Assembly (NCBI GenBank): GCA_000708835.1
Contig: DF237064.1
Span: 127,718 to 191,717, forward strand
Direction: 5' to 3'
DNA length: 64,000 nt
Source of the DNA: Klebsormidium nitens
Lineage: Eukaryota; Plantae; Klebsormidiophyceae
In this document: positions 13,901 to 25,900 of the stretch, piece after piece
How the letters are laid out: each line of letters starts with the position of its first letter
How positions within the stretch are numbered: the first letter of the stretch is position 1
The notes under the pieces: generated by a model
What the model was told of the DNA's origin: nothing
Seen by the model: only the letters and a program-made list of their open reading frames with translations
Database searches by the model: none
Program-made: the position numbers and the translations under genes

Positions 13901-16900
13901 GCTGGCCCCAGTGTGCGCCTCTTCCTGGGCCACACCCGGTTCGCCACGTCGAGCATCCCTAGCGTGCGCGAGAGCCACCCCCACCAGGTAAGCCGGTGAA
14001 GGACTTGCAAGAAGGCCGTGCAGTCCCCCCAGGCGTTGAATGATTCCTTAAAAATGCTGATAATCAGGTCTTGCGTTGAGGACCAGGAGTTTGCTTTGTT
14101 TGTCCCTTCTACATGACACGTTGTTGTCAAGAAAAGGCTTCGTCTTTTCTGCAAGCCACTCTTGAGACCGTCCACAGCAATCAGCCGGGCTCTTAACACA
14201 GAGTACGGCCTGTCGGACTCAACCTAGTAAGTACTGGTGCTGATTCGACCCACCGGTAGGCTCGACCCTCCGCTGCATCCCCCATCCCTCGATGCTAGAC
14301 TAATGCTGTAAGCATCTTTCTCTTTCCGAAGCAACGCGCTATTTTCAGAAGCGTTCCATCTTATACACTCCTTTGTTTTGACCTGCAGTGGACCCCCACT
14401 TTCCGTTGCAACATGTGGCGCCAGGGCCGGGGCATGCAGGCGGAGCAAGTCGGCATTTACATCACGCACAACGGAGACTTTGAGTTCTGGTCGCTCTTCG
14501 GACGTGACCGGACGCACACGGAGATGGGTTTCTGGCTGCAGGTAGGTCCAGCTTAATGCAAAATGTTATACGTGGCGGCTGTTGCAATGTGAAGGAGGGG
14601 AAAGAGTCCGAAAATCATGCAAGCGCCTCGCTGATTCCGGAGGGAAAGTTTTCGCGTGCACTGAGACTCCGAAAGTGCCAGTGCGATGTCACTGCTTGCA
14701 CGTGACGCAAATTCTGAAGCAAACGAGTCGAGTGCTATGCCGTCGTATCCGACTACGATGTGTCTACTTCGACACTGATACAGACTTCCTTGAAGCCTGA
14801 AGTTGTAAGATCTTCGTGCCGGGAAAACAATAGCCAACGAAGGAGTATTTACTGGCATTTACAACCTTCTCTCCGACTGCAGCGCGTCCTGGACTGCCCC
14901 CAGTCGGCGCACTGCGACAGCGTCATGATCGGGGGCCTCGTGGAGCTGCTGCGCACACAGGGCCTCTGGATGCACTCACTGCGCCTCGCCTACCACCAGG
15001 TAAACAGGGCCTCCACAAGCTGTTTTTAAATGACCTTGCACAGTGTCTACATTCCCTACGCTTTTGGAAACATCGCTCTGCGTTTGCACAGTCCGTGACG
15101 CATCTTTTCGACATGCTTTTGGACTCCCGTTTCGGCTCGGGGATTGCCTAGTAAGGCGAGGATCGCAAGCGATCGACCGTGGTCCTTCCATATTGCCCCG
15201 CATTCGCTTTTTACGGCGAAATACCGTCTTTGAGGAAGTCTCCTCCAAAATAATGTGCGAACTCACCGACAATCAATATTGGAGGGGTATTTGAAAGGAG
15301 GTCAGACAACACATGGTCAACACACTCTGGTAACTGGACTTCAACGGGACAGTAACTGGGCCAATTTGGGTTCTTCATTGACAGAGTATCTACTCATGTT
15401 CGTCTTGCGTGTATGCAGACGGTGACGCACTCCTTCGAAGAGGTGTTCGATTACGGCCTGCCGAGCGACCCCGCGACCGCCAACGCGGCGCCCACGCGCG
15501 CCACGCTGGACGTGCTCGCGCGCATCGCGGAGGCCGCCTTCCTGCGCTTCCTCGACCAAGCATCTCCAGGACCAGAGGTGCGCTTGGCCATCTCTTATTT
15601 TCTTAGAATGTTCTGGTTTTGTAGGGGATCGTGCCCTTTTCCGGCAGGTACCGCCAGACAGAGGCCATCCGAGCTTTGTGTTTAGCAGGTTCAAAGTTTG
15701 GAGCACGTTTCTGCGCTTCCTCGGCAAAACGAGCGGACCCCGGTATGCCACACGAGAACCTGAACCAAGTATTGGTACACAAACTAAACTTCTGTTGGTT
15801 TTCTGCTGGATGTTTGAAGCAAGGGGTTCCCCACTTTCAATTACGCCTCATCCTCACTCTCGCCTGTTCGGAATCACGAGAAATTACCAACTTGAGTTTG
15901 CTGAGTGTTGAAACGTCGAAAAGGATCGCAACAATGTCAGGAGGCATGCGCGGGCGCAAGTAGATTTCCATTGGTCCAAAAGAGGTCCACTTTCCCCTGC
16001 GGTTCGTTTGATGAACCGGGTTCCAGGCACATGTAGGCAAAGCGCAGGGTTCGTTTCCTCTCTCCTCGCTCGTGGGCGGTTTCTCAAAACTACACCCGCT
16101 GTTACATTGACGCACCGACTGTATTGGAGACGGGTGGTTTGCTCACCGAGTGTTATTTGCAAAAGCGTGCTGACGTCACTTTGTGTGTGGGCTGTATGCG
16201 CAGAGTCACCAGAGCGGACGTGTGCACGGGGAACAGGAGAGACGCGCCGGCGCCGGTCCGCACAGCATTGAGTGGACCGAAGAAAGCATGGAGAACTTAT
16301 CCCAGGTATGCCAGCGCGAAGTCTGCCGTCCACATGGAGCAGTTTCAGGATATCGACTCAACTCTAGATTGAGAGCTCCATCCAAGTGCTGAGAGGAGCG
16401 GGGCTAGACAAAGCGTCTGGATCGCACGGTTGTTGAGCGATTCGCGAGGTTTGTTATGGGTTTGCTTAGCGGGGCGGCCCCGTTGCTGGAACGTACTTAC
16501 AACCGACGCTTAAGAACCCCGCCCAAAGTACAGATCTATGAAATACGGGAGGAACACTGTCACGTTTCCGGTGCAGGCACTCAAGGCGGCAGTGCTGAGC
16601 GACGCCTCACTGCGGCTTGAGTCTTAACCAAGCTCAACTAATCAACAGAACGTACAAAGTCCACAGACTGACGACTAAACCAAGCATACAGAAAAGTTAA
16701 GAACGATAAGGAAGCCTTGCCATGTGTCTGGTGCAGGCCCTGAAGGCGGCGCTGTTGAGCGAGGCGCCGGCGCTGCTGCAGAAGAACGCCCCCGAAGGGT
16801 TCCGCACCCTGATCGAGGACCTGCAGGTCGGGCGTGGGGAGGCGTTCTTGGAGCTGCTTGCGCGGCAGGCCGTTGTCAACTTCCTGCACAACGACCTGCA

Positions 16901-19900
16901 CTGGGCCGTCAAGAAGTTCCTCGCCAATGCAAAAGTGAGCGACTTAGCTTGGTCGCCGACGAGAAAATATGAAGTTTCTGGCGGAGTCTCGGCAGTGGAC
17001 CTTCGTCAAGTCCTTCGGAACAACCTGCATTGGCCTGTCAAGAAGTTTTCTCACCAACGCTGAAGTGAGCTATGTCAGGTCGTGTCCAAAGCGATTACTT
17101 AGAACTCTGAAATGCCGATACCTACTAAGACCCGGCACTCGTTTGCAAGAGGCCGTCGTCAACTTCCACATAAGGATCTGCCGTGAAAATTTTCTCTGCA
17201 AGCCAAGGCGGGCTTGTCCTCCTCTTCCTTCCTAGAGTCTTTCATTTATAGAAGCAACCCCCGTTGGACTTCAACTCGTCGTCCTTGCTGCGCTGAAGCA
17301 GCCATTTTTTTTGAGCTGAAGCTATTGTGACGTCACTTTCGTGGGCTGAGCGGAAGGTACCTTCCTGCGCAGGGCTCGTTCGGACTGGCGGTGTGCTGCA
17401 CGCTGGACCCCAACCGCATCGTCCTGGCTCCGTTGGATCTACCGCTGTCCGTGGGCTGACGCTAAGCTGCACGTCATTTGCCCTAAGCTGCCGCTAAATC
17501 TGACGTCACCATTCTTGCGCAGGGCTCGTTCGGGCTAGCTGTGTGCTGCACCCTGGACCCCGACCGTGTCGTCTTGGCTGCCCTGAACCAGCCGCTGTCC
17601 GTGGGGCTGGCACCCGAGCAGCGCGCGGTGCTCTACTCATCAGAGGCGCAGTCTCTCAAGGTCAGAAATTTTGTGGTCAGAAGCGATCTTCGGGTTTCAC
17701 GAGCAGAGCTCGGCTCTAGAGTCAGGGGTTTTATCGTCAAAGCTATCAGACTTGACAACACTTCCCTTCTTGCCGCTTCAAGGCCTTGTCTTTGATTGCC
17801 TTTGGCGGGCAAGGTGCCCGCGCCAAGCCGTGGTCTCCTTGCCGGAAGCGTCGACTGCGAACGTTCACACAGTTTCTAAGGATCAAGTTGCTACTTTGGT
17901 TGAGAGGATAAGAGAGTTGACTTGCTTTTTGGAGGCATTGTGCGCGTGGGCTTGGAGGCAGCTTCAGAGGACCTTTAAGAACCCGCTAGTAACTCAGAGG
18001 ATCTTTAAACAAATACTATAACTAACGACTTCAGAGATGAGCTTGTATGTCACGCCCATCTTTTGTCGCCAGGGGCAAACAGACGTTGGAGGTTGTCGAC
18101 CCAATCAGCCGTTCTTCCGTAGCCTTCTGAAGCGTCGTCGTTTCTTGTCATCGAGCATTTGGCCTTCTGAAGCGTTGTCGGTCCGTCTCCAAACAGACGT
18201 CCCTCTCGAAGCCGGGCGCGAATGGACCAGTGGAAACAGTGGCGTGGCGCGTAGATCTGAACGAGGCAGACGGCGAGGTTCTGGAGATCAGGCTGACGTC
18301 AGGGGGCGGAACGCCGGGTCAGCCACCGAGCCAGTAAGTAAACCAGAAGATCAGCACTATCTTGCTTTGCGACGGCAGAGTGGTGCATGCGTCATGAATT
18401 TGAGCTTTACGCACCCCCCGAAGGAGCACCTCCCCTTGGCGTAATTTAATGGCTTCTTCGGCGTTCGCAAGTCGAGGGGAAGAGCCTGGTTGTGCCAGGG
18501 CTCCACTTCCTATCTTTTTGAACGGGGGCGGAAATTGGACCTCAACCCTACTTTCTCCGCTCCTAACCTCCGATGTTTTCTAACGACAAAAACTGGGTTT
18601 ACTTTTCCTCGTCTGCAGACACTCCACAGACGGGGAAGCTCGCAATGGAAACCCAACGAGCGGGAGTCAGAAGGGACTGGTGGCCGATCTGGAGGCCGGG
18701 AACGGGGGCGACCCGCTGATCCAGCCGCTTCCGGATGCCGATTTTCTGACGCTGCGGCTCTACAGCCGGAGGCAGGACAAAGCGATTTCTCAGGTGCGGG
18801 TCGTGCCTCACTATCTTCGCTGATGGCTCAGATAACGTCTGCGCCTTAACCGCTCGTTGCTGGTTAGAAATTGCTTGGCATAGTCTCGACACAATTATCC
18901 AGCTTGAATGCAAGCGATTCTAGGTCAGACTTTGAAGTCCTGACCATGATCTCGGCAAACGCTGGAGATTCAGTTGAGGGCGCGGGGTTGCGGACGTCGC
19001 TCTTGGCCGCGCGTATCTCATGCTCCCTCGCTGCCTCCTTGCATCCAAGAATCATCGGGAACTATTTCTGTCTCTCCTTCAACCACGCCCTATTCATCAA
19101 CAGAACCGCTGGGAGTTTCCTAAGCAGCAGGCAGGATCTTGCTTTCTTGAGAACACCTTACAAGCCGTAACGCCTCCGACCTTGGTGAACAACCCGCGGC
19201 AGTCCACTTTTTGCATCGTTCTAGTTCTGTTTTCACTATGCGTTTGCCTGTAACAACGCGCCGGATACCCATTCTTTTTGCAGTCCGAGTTCGAGGCCTC
19301 TCAGCGACTCGTACAAATGGCAGGCAACCCGTACATTACGTTCGACGACCCTGTGATAGAGCATGACCTGGTTGGAAACGACATCCAGGTACGTCTTTGT
19401 GAGCGAAAGGAACTTCGGTGTTCATCTATCTTATTCTTCTTTGTCAAAAGATCCTACAAAAAATTCCTAAGAGATCCTAAAATTTCCAAGGATGGTAATC
19501 CTTTCGAGGCAGTATACAGGGGGTATTGTCAAGGATCTTGTCGCCACGTTACTCTAATCTCAATGCCCCAGATCGTGCAAATAGCTCACGGGAAGAGAAC
19601 TATCGCTGACTGGGGAGTTTTCGATCGGAGCTGGAAGCTTTGAAGTCCTGATCGAGCAGGGTGGCTGACTTCCCTCCTATTTTCCAGGACATCCCTCGTG
19701 TTCTGGCGACCATCCGCCGCGAGTGGACCACTGTGGGCAGTCTGAATCAGCAGACAGCGGGCGCCCTCTTGGCGCTTCTCCAAGAAAAAGCGGCCATGAT
19801 TGGGGACGCGCCAGGGGATGGGAGCACGCGCAAGGAGATCGACGTGTTGGTTACAGGCGTGGAGAGCAGCCTTTGGGTCGGGGAGCAGTTTGCGGCGGAC

Positions 19901-22900
19901 CTGCAAAACTGTGAGGCCGCATTGAGCTTATTTTCTTTGATCAATAGGTGCATCCTCCACACTCACGAAGAAGAGTCTGCTTTTGCGAGCCACGCTGCTT
20001 CTGCGGAAGGTTGCCATTTGCGCATTGCCGAGCGACAAATTGTCTGCGGCTGGCTTTGCATGCAGTCTTGTTTCTCAAAACCAATCCCCCGAAGACTCCT
20101 GCAACAATTGCACGAAATGCAAATTAAGCGGCAACCAAGTTGGCGTGCTCGATACAACCTGTGACTGGGTATCATCTCTAAGTAGCTTTTCCGTTAGTAT
20201 AAACCGTGCTGAAGCTTGATAAACAGTCACCCCTCGTCAAACAGCGCTCGGGCCAGTTAGGATGCTGCTGACCTCCTACTTCGACGGAAATTTTGCAGAA
20301 AGCCGCTGTTGACTGCACCTTGTGTTGGGACCCTAAAAGTCGCTTCTAGACCTAGTCAAGCCTCTGACCATAAGCCATGTCTCTGCAGTCCTGCCCCAGT
20401 TGCGCGTCGTGCCCATCTCGAGCAACAAGGTGATCGGCGTACTGGGCAACGCCCGGGGCAAGATTTCGACGGCCGGCTTTTCCTTCTGCCGCCTCACGAG
20501 CAGCCTGCGCAGCACCATTGTGATCGCCATCAGCCAGTCGGGGCAGACGTTCCCGACCCTGCACGCCACGCGCATTCTGCAGAGGGAGTGCCCGGGGTGA
20601 GCGGCCGGGGGAAGGGTCCAGTGCATTTTGAGTGTCGGCTTGCAAAAGCCGGGAAGTCCTCAGAACTCGACCTTAGCCGAGCAACACTGCAATGTATTCC
20701 CATGAAACGGAAAGTTGTTGCTGGAGTACGCTTGCAAAGAGGTACTATATCCTCGCAGATTTAGAAGCAATTTTCTGGGGTGCTAAGGTTGGCAGTTTTT
20801 GATTCGATTCCTCTCCTGGGTCGGCCTCAACTTGCGACAAATTTGCGGCAGATTTGAACCACTTTGCGCTTCACAACTTGGTCCAGGGCCAGAGCCCAGT
20901 TTTCAATTCTTCAAGTCAACAGTACATGATTCCTCACGGTTGCGCCTTCACCGGCCTGCCTTCGAGAGTCTGCCTGCAACGGGTCTTTGACGACTTGTCT
21001 GAACGGGTCTTTGACGACAACTGAGCACGCCACGTGTCGTGTTGTAGGCGCGTGTTCGTGGTGAGCGGTCTGCTGGACGGCAAAATGTCGCAGGCGGTGG
21101 GTCAGCGACTGGAAGCCGGTGCGGCATTCTGCCAGCGCGTGTTCTGGACCGGGGCCGGCTGGCGCGCCGCGGAACCTGCAAGGTGAGGGCGGGGTATTTT
21201 GACTAGGTTCATAAAATCAAACTTGTGCCTAAGGAGTTATAGTGGTTGAGGTTGTCACGTGTCGTCGTCGATGGATTGCCAGCGCGTGGTCTGGACCAGG
21301 GCCGGCTGGCGCACTGCGCGGAACCCGCAAGGTAAGGGGAGGCGGATTAATCAGGTTTGGATAACCAAACTTGTGGCTAGTCATTTGTCACAGTGGATGG
21401 ATCATCACGGCTTTGTTTTGACTGTTTGCCACGCGGTGTCTCTACGAGAGCTGGATGTCGCGATGCAGATCGAGCTTGCGAGGTAATGGGATGCGATTTA
21501 GCGAGTTTGAGGAGCTAGATGTTTGGGAAACCGCTTATCAAAGAAGTTTTGGAATGTCGTCGCGTGGTTTTCAAAGACGGAGCTGGCTGGCGCGCTGCCG
21601 AAGCTGCAAAGTACGGGGCGGTTCTATTGAGTGCACCGTGACATGCTGAGTAAATGGGGCTTGGCTCGAGTCCAGAAAAGGTTTTGATTAGGCTGCAGTC
21701 TGACGTAGCTGTCAACAAACCGCCTCTTTTGAAGCGCATTGGGCTTCTCGGTGTTTGCAAGCCCGCAAAGCCTGCGTTTTCTTCTGATTATGATTTTGCT
21801 TGTTTGCAGTGTGTCCTGTGTTGCCGCCCACGGTTAATACTCTGACGGAGCTGCTGCTTTGTTTCGGACGTCCAGCTGAGGGCTGCCGCCAAGCAGAACC
21901 GGGACTTTTTTATTAAGTAAACGACGACCTTTATACCCTTCAAGACTTGCCTTTTGTCTCTTAAACTGTCCATAAGATTGACACTGGAATCGCTCTTTTG
22001 CAGTGTATCCTCTGTCGCCGCCCACGCTACTCTGACGGAGCTTCTGCTCTTCTTGGGCGACCAATTGAGGGCTACCGCCAAGCAGCACCGGGGTCCCGGG
22101 CCTCTTGGCCTCCGCCTCACGCGCAATGACATCAGTGAGCGCCGCTTCTTGTTTTGGCTTTAGCAAATCTTGTGGTGGTCAGTGAGATCAGAAGAAGTGG
22201 TCGGGCGGTCAGAAAAGATGGTCATCGCGTGTCAGGGGTTCTTGTGTTAGCAATTCATGGTGTCAGGCTTTCTCCAAACAGATTTATCCTTCTGGATCTT
22301 CAATTCATCATCCAGAAAGGGGATGCACTTTTCCTGAATGCTGGTCACGCTTGAAAAGAGCAAATGGTGCCCCCTGTTCGGCGAGCAACACCTTCCCTCT
22401 TTTTGTTTCAATTGTTGACTGTTTCTTCACATTGTCCCCCCAGTTCTCGTAATTGCACTCAGTATCTGACTCATGAGGATTCTCCTTTCGCTGACGGCAG
22501 AATGGGCAGAAAGACTTTTCTGACAGCAATAATTGCTGCTTGCAGAGGACATGGGCCGGGTGCGAGACGCCTTGGTTGACAGCACAGCCGGAACGTAAGT
22601 CCACTTTATCTCAGACAAACTCCAACTTAGGTAATCAGACAGTTGATCGAAGCTTTTGCCCTGCCATACGACTTCGCCAGATAAGCTATCGCGCGTGCTT
22701 CAAAAGACAAGGAAGAACAGGGTCCATTTTCTGATAGGACGCGCCAGAACTTCTGTTTGGAAGCATGCCGCAGGCGTTTCGACCTAGAGCAGAAAGACAC
22801 ATGATCAATGCGAGCTTCAAGCCCTCGTCTGCCCGAAGAGCTGTAGACCTTCTGTACGAGCTGGGAGTTCTGAATATCATCGGCCGACACAAGAAAAAGC

Positions 22901-25900
22901 AGTCTCTTGCGTTGCTTACAGAAACGTTGGAAGTCCTCTTGAAGAAGTATCTCCCCCTTACATGTCTCCATTTCTCCTCCAGGCTGACTGGATCAACCGC
23001 AAAGGGCGACCACATCCCCTCTGCGCTGCACTCTGCGCTGGTCGCCCAAGGCCGCTGCTGGGGGCACCATATCATAGAGACCCCCGTCGCATGGATGCTG
23101 TCATCCATCTACATCTTCGCAACCGTCATCTCGGGGTGGCCGCTCTTTACTGCAATACGGCGCGGGATCGGTGCAGGTGGGTGTTTTCTTGACGCCAGCT
23201 TCAGAGTGTTGCTGTGCTGACGTCAGATTCAGGGGTTACCACTGTTTGGGCGACAATGTGTGGTCTAGGGCGGGGTTATCGCGCACTGGATCGGTGGAAA
23301 GAAAGATTGTATGGATATCAACTCACTGGCGAGGGGGCCTGCCAACAAATGCTTCTCATTAAGTGTGGAAGCGCAAGTGAAGAGGCGGGTGACCAGAGGC
23401 ACAGAAAAGACGATGAGAGGGAGATAAAGTAGGCGAAGAAGGAAAAGGGACCAAATGCTGGCCTGCGACTTCGCCCCTTTCCACGTTGATTTTACCTGCC
23501 CCATCTTTCTCTATCTTCCGTCTGCCTCCTTTATCCAAGCCGTACCCTTTTACATTTGTTCATTGTCCTCTTGATTCTCCTGATTTGCAAGGCACATCAT
23601 TCTCAGCGCCTATCCTGACGTCACTCTCCCTTTACAGGCGGGCCCGGCGGCGAGTTCCTGGTGTACTTTGCGCACGCCCTGGACGCGCTTTCTTACTGCT
23701 TCCTGCCTCTCGTGTTTTCGTACCTCCTCCGTGTGATCCAAGGACGACAACTCTTGGCCCGCCTCGGGAAGAGGTGAGCTCTTTTTTCCCCACTTTGATT
23801 TGGGCCCCAACCGCTAGTCTAGGCTTGCTGACGTTTTGATAGGTAGCGTCGATTCGGATGCTTCACGGCGCCGTTTTTTGACGCACGGGTTCTTGATCGC
23901 GGAGCAGGATTTTCTTCTTCACGTTTCCTCCCTAGAATATGCGCCATTCACGTTCCTTCTGTAGTATAAGCGCCATTCAGGTTCCTTCTGTAGAATAAGC
24001 GCCAGCGAAGGAGACCTCTCATAGCATATATCACCGTTGAAGGTAGCTGAATCTGCGGACAGCACATGCAAATCCTTTCTTCAACTGTTCTATGGCGGTC
24101 GTGCTTGCTTTAGCTGCTATAACCCTGTGGCACTGTTGTTGCAGGACGCTGGTGATCGGAGACGTTCCTTACGTGCACCAGCTGCTGGAGGTGTATGTCT
24201 CCAAGCTGGTGAGTGAAGCGGAACGCGTTCGTGAGATTAAATCATTTTTCGGGGGACATTGTACAAATAATTCAGAAGCTTTCAAGATACAAGGGAGAAA
24301 GACCACAACAAAATCATTACGATGAGGAAGGAAATAAAAAGAAGAAACACGCACAGCTAAGACGGAGAAGGCAGCTTGAACAAGGATCAGTCCAAGATCT
24401 AAAAGAAATCTATCGAGCAGCTAGCATTTGACATAAACAGAACTCGCGATTTTTCAGAATCTACAGTAGAAGATTCGGGAGTAACGACGCTGGTGCTCTT
24501 CGGCTGACGTGACATCCGTTCTCCGCAGTTCGCCCTGAGCTACAGCATCGCCAGTATTGACGTACACGGCAGCAACCCACTGGACCACCTCGTACACAGG
24601 TCAGCGAGCCTTTCCGAATAGCTGAGACATGCGAGGTTTTGGAACCATTTGTCAAGGTTTGTCAAGCTTAGATCGACCTGCAAGCACTGGCCGGCCTTTG
24701 TCCGTGCAGCAACCCTGCCAAACAAGGCTCCTCAGGCCTGCGAAGTCTTGAAGGAACTAATCGTTTCTGACTAAGGCAGTCTGTTTTCTTGTTGTACGAT
24801 ATAGAAAGAAAGACACTGGGACTTGACCAAAGCCTGCCCTAATCTGATCGTACCACCTGAAAACGATGCGTAGCAAGAAGAAGCTGCCCCCCCCCTAACG
24901 TGTCGGTCCTCGAACGCCTCGGTTGACCAAGTCCGGGCTGAACTTTCGACATTTCCTTGTTGATGTCTCTCAATCTTCGTCAAGCAACTTCCTGATTCTG
25001 CAATGCTTCATTCGTTTGCAGGTTTACCCACCGCATTCCTTGTTGATGTCTGTCGATCTTCGTCAAGCAACATCCTCACCCCATATTAACCTTGTCTGTT
25101 TGCAGGTTCACCCATCGCGTGGTGCGCGGCGTGTTGCTCGCCATCGGGCGGCCGGACGGGCGGCTGTGCACGCAGACCAAGAGCGAGTCGTGGGTGCTCA
25201 TGGCGCTGCTGCAGTGCAAGTCCATCATCAACGGCGGGTGAGCCGCCACGTGTCACGTTGCGTCAGTCTGTGACGCGCCTCTGCAGATGCTGTCCTAGTT
25301 GCGCTTTCGGTGCCAGGCGTTACACGTTGCGTGACGATAATCCGTGACCCTGGTCAGTTTAGGCAAATATGTATGCCGTCACGTTCTGCAAACGCCACGG
25401 GTGTGGCCGGCGCCCTCCTAAGGAACTGAAAGAACTTTTGACACCACACTTAAAATAGGTGACTGAGCGCTGTCGCCGAAGTCAGCAGCTGGTGTCAATG
25501 TGTAGGAGGAGTGTAGGCACGTATCTTGGGCGATTGGCGCTCGTTCGTAGGCCTGGCTCCTTCCATATTGGCTACTTGTAGAAGAATCCAAGCACGACCG
25601 TTCGAGAAGACAGTTGGACGAACATAGCCTCCTCTTAATCGTAGTGCTGCCGCAGAAACGTTCAAAGCGGCCAGAATGCAAACCTCAAAGCTTCAATCCC
25701 GAGCAAGCGTCCACAAGTCCATTCGATCTTAAGACCCTACAGCTTCAGAAACCCACATATCTTTGGATCCGTGCGTTCCTCCTTGCAGTGCCGATGCTGA
25801 AACTGATACCGTGGGCCACAACCAGATGGTCCTGGTTTCCCTGACTCAATTTCTCGAGAAACCGCCCAAAGATTCTGCAATCTCAAGACCCTAAAACCTT

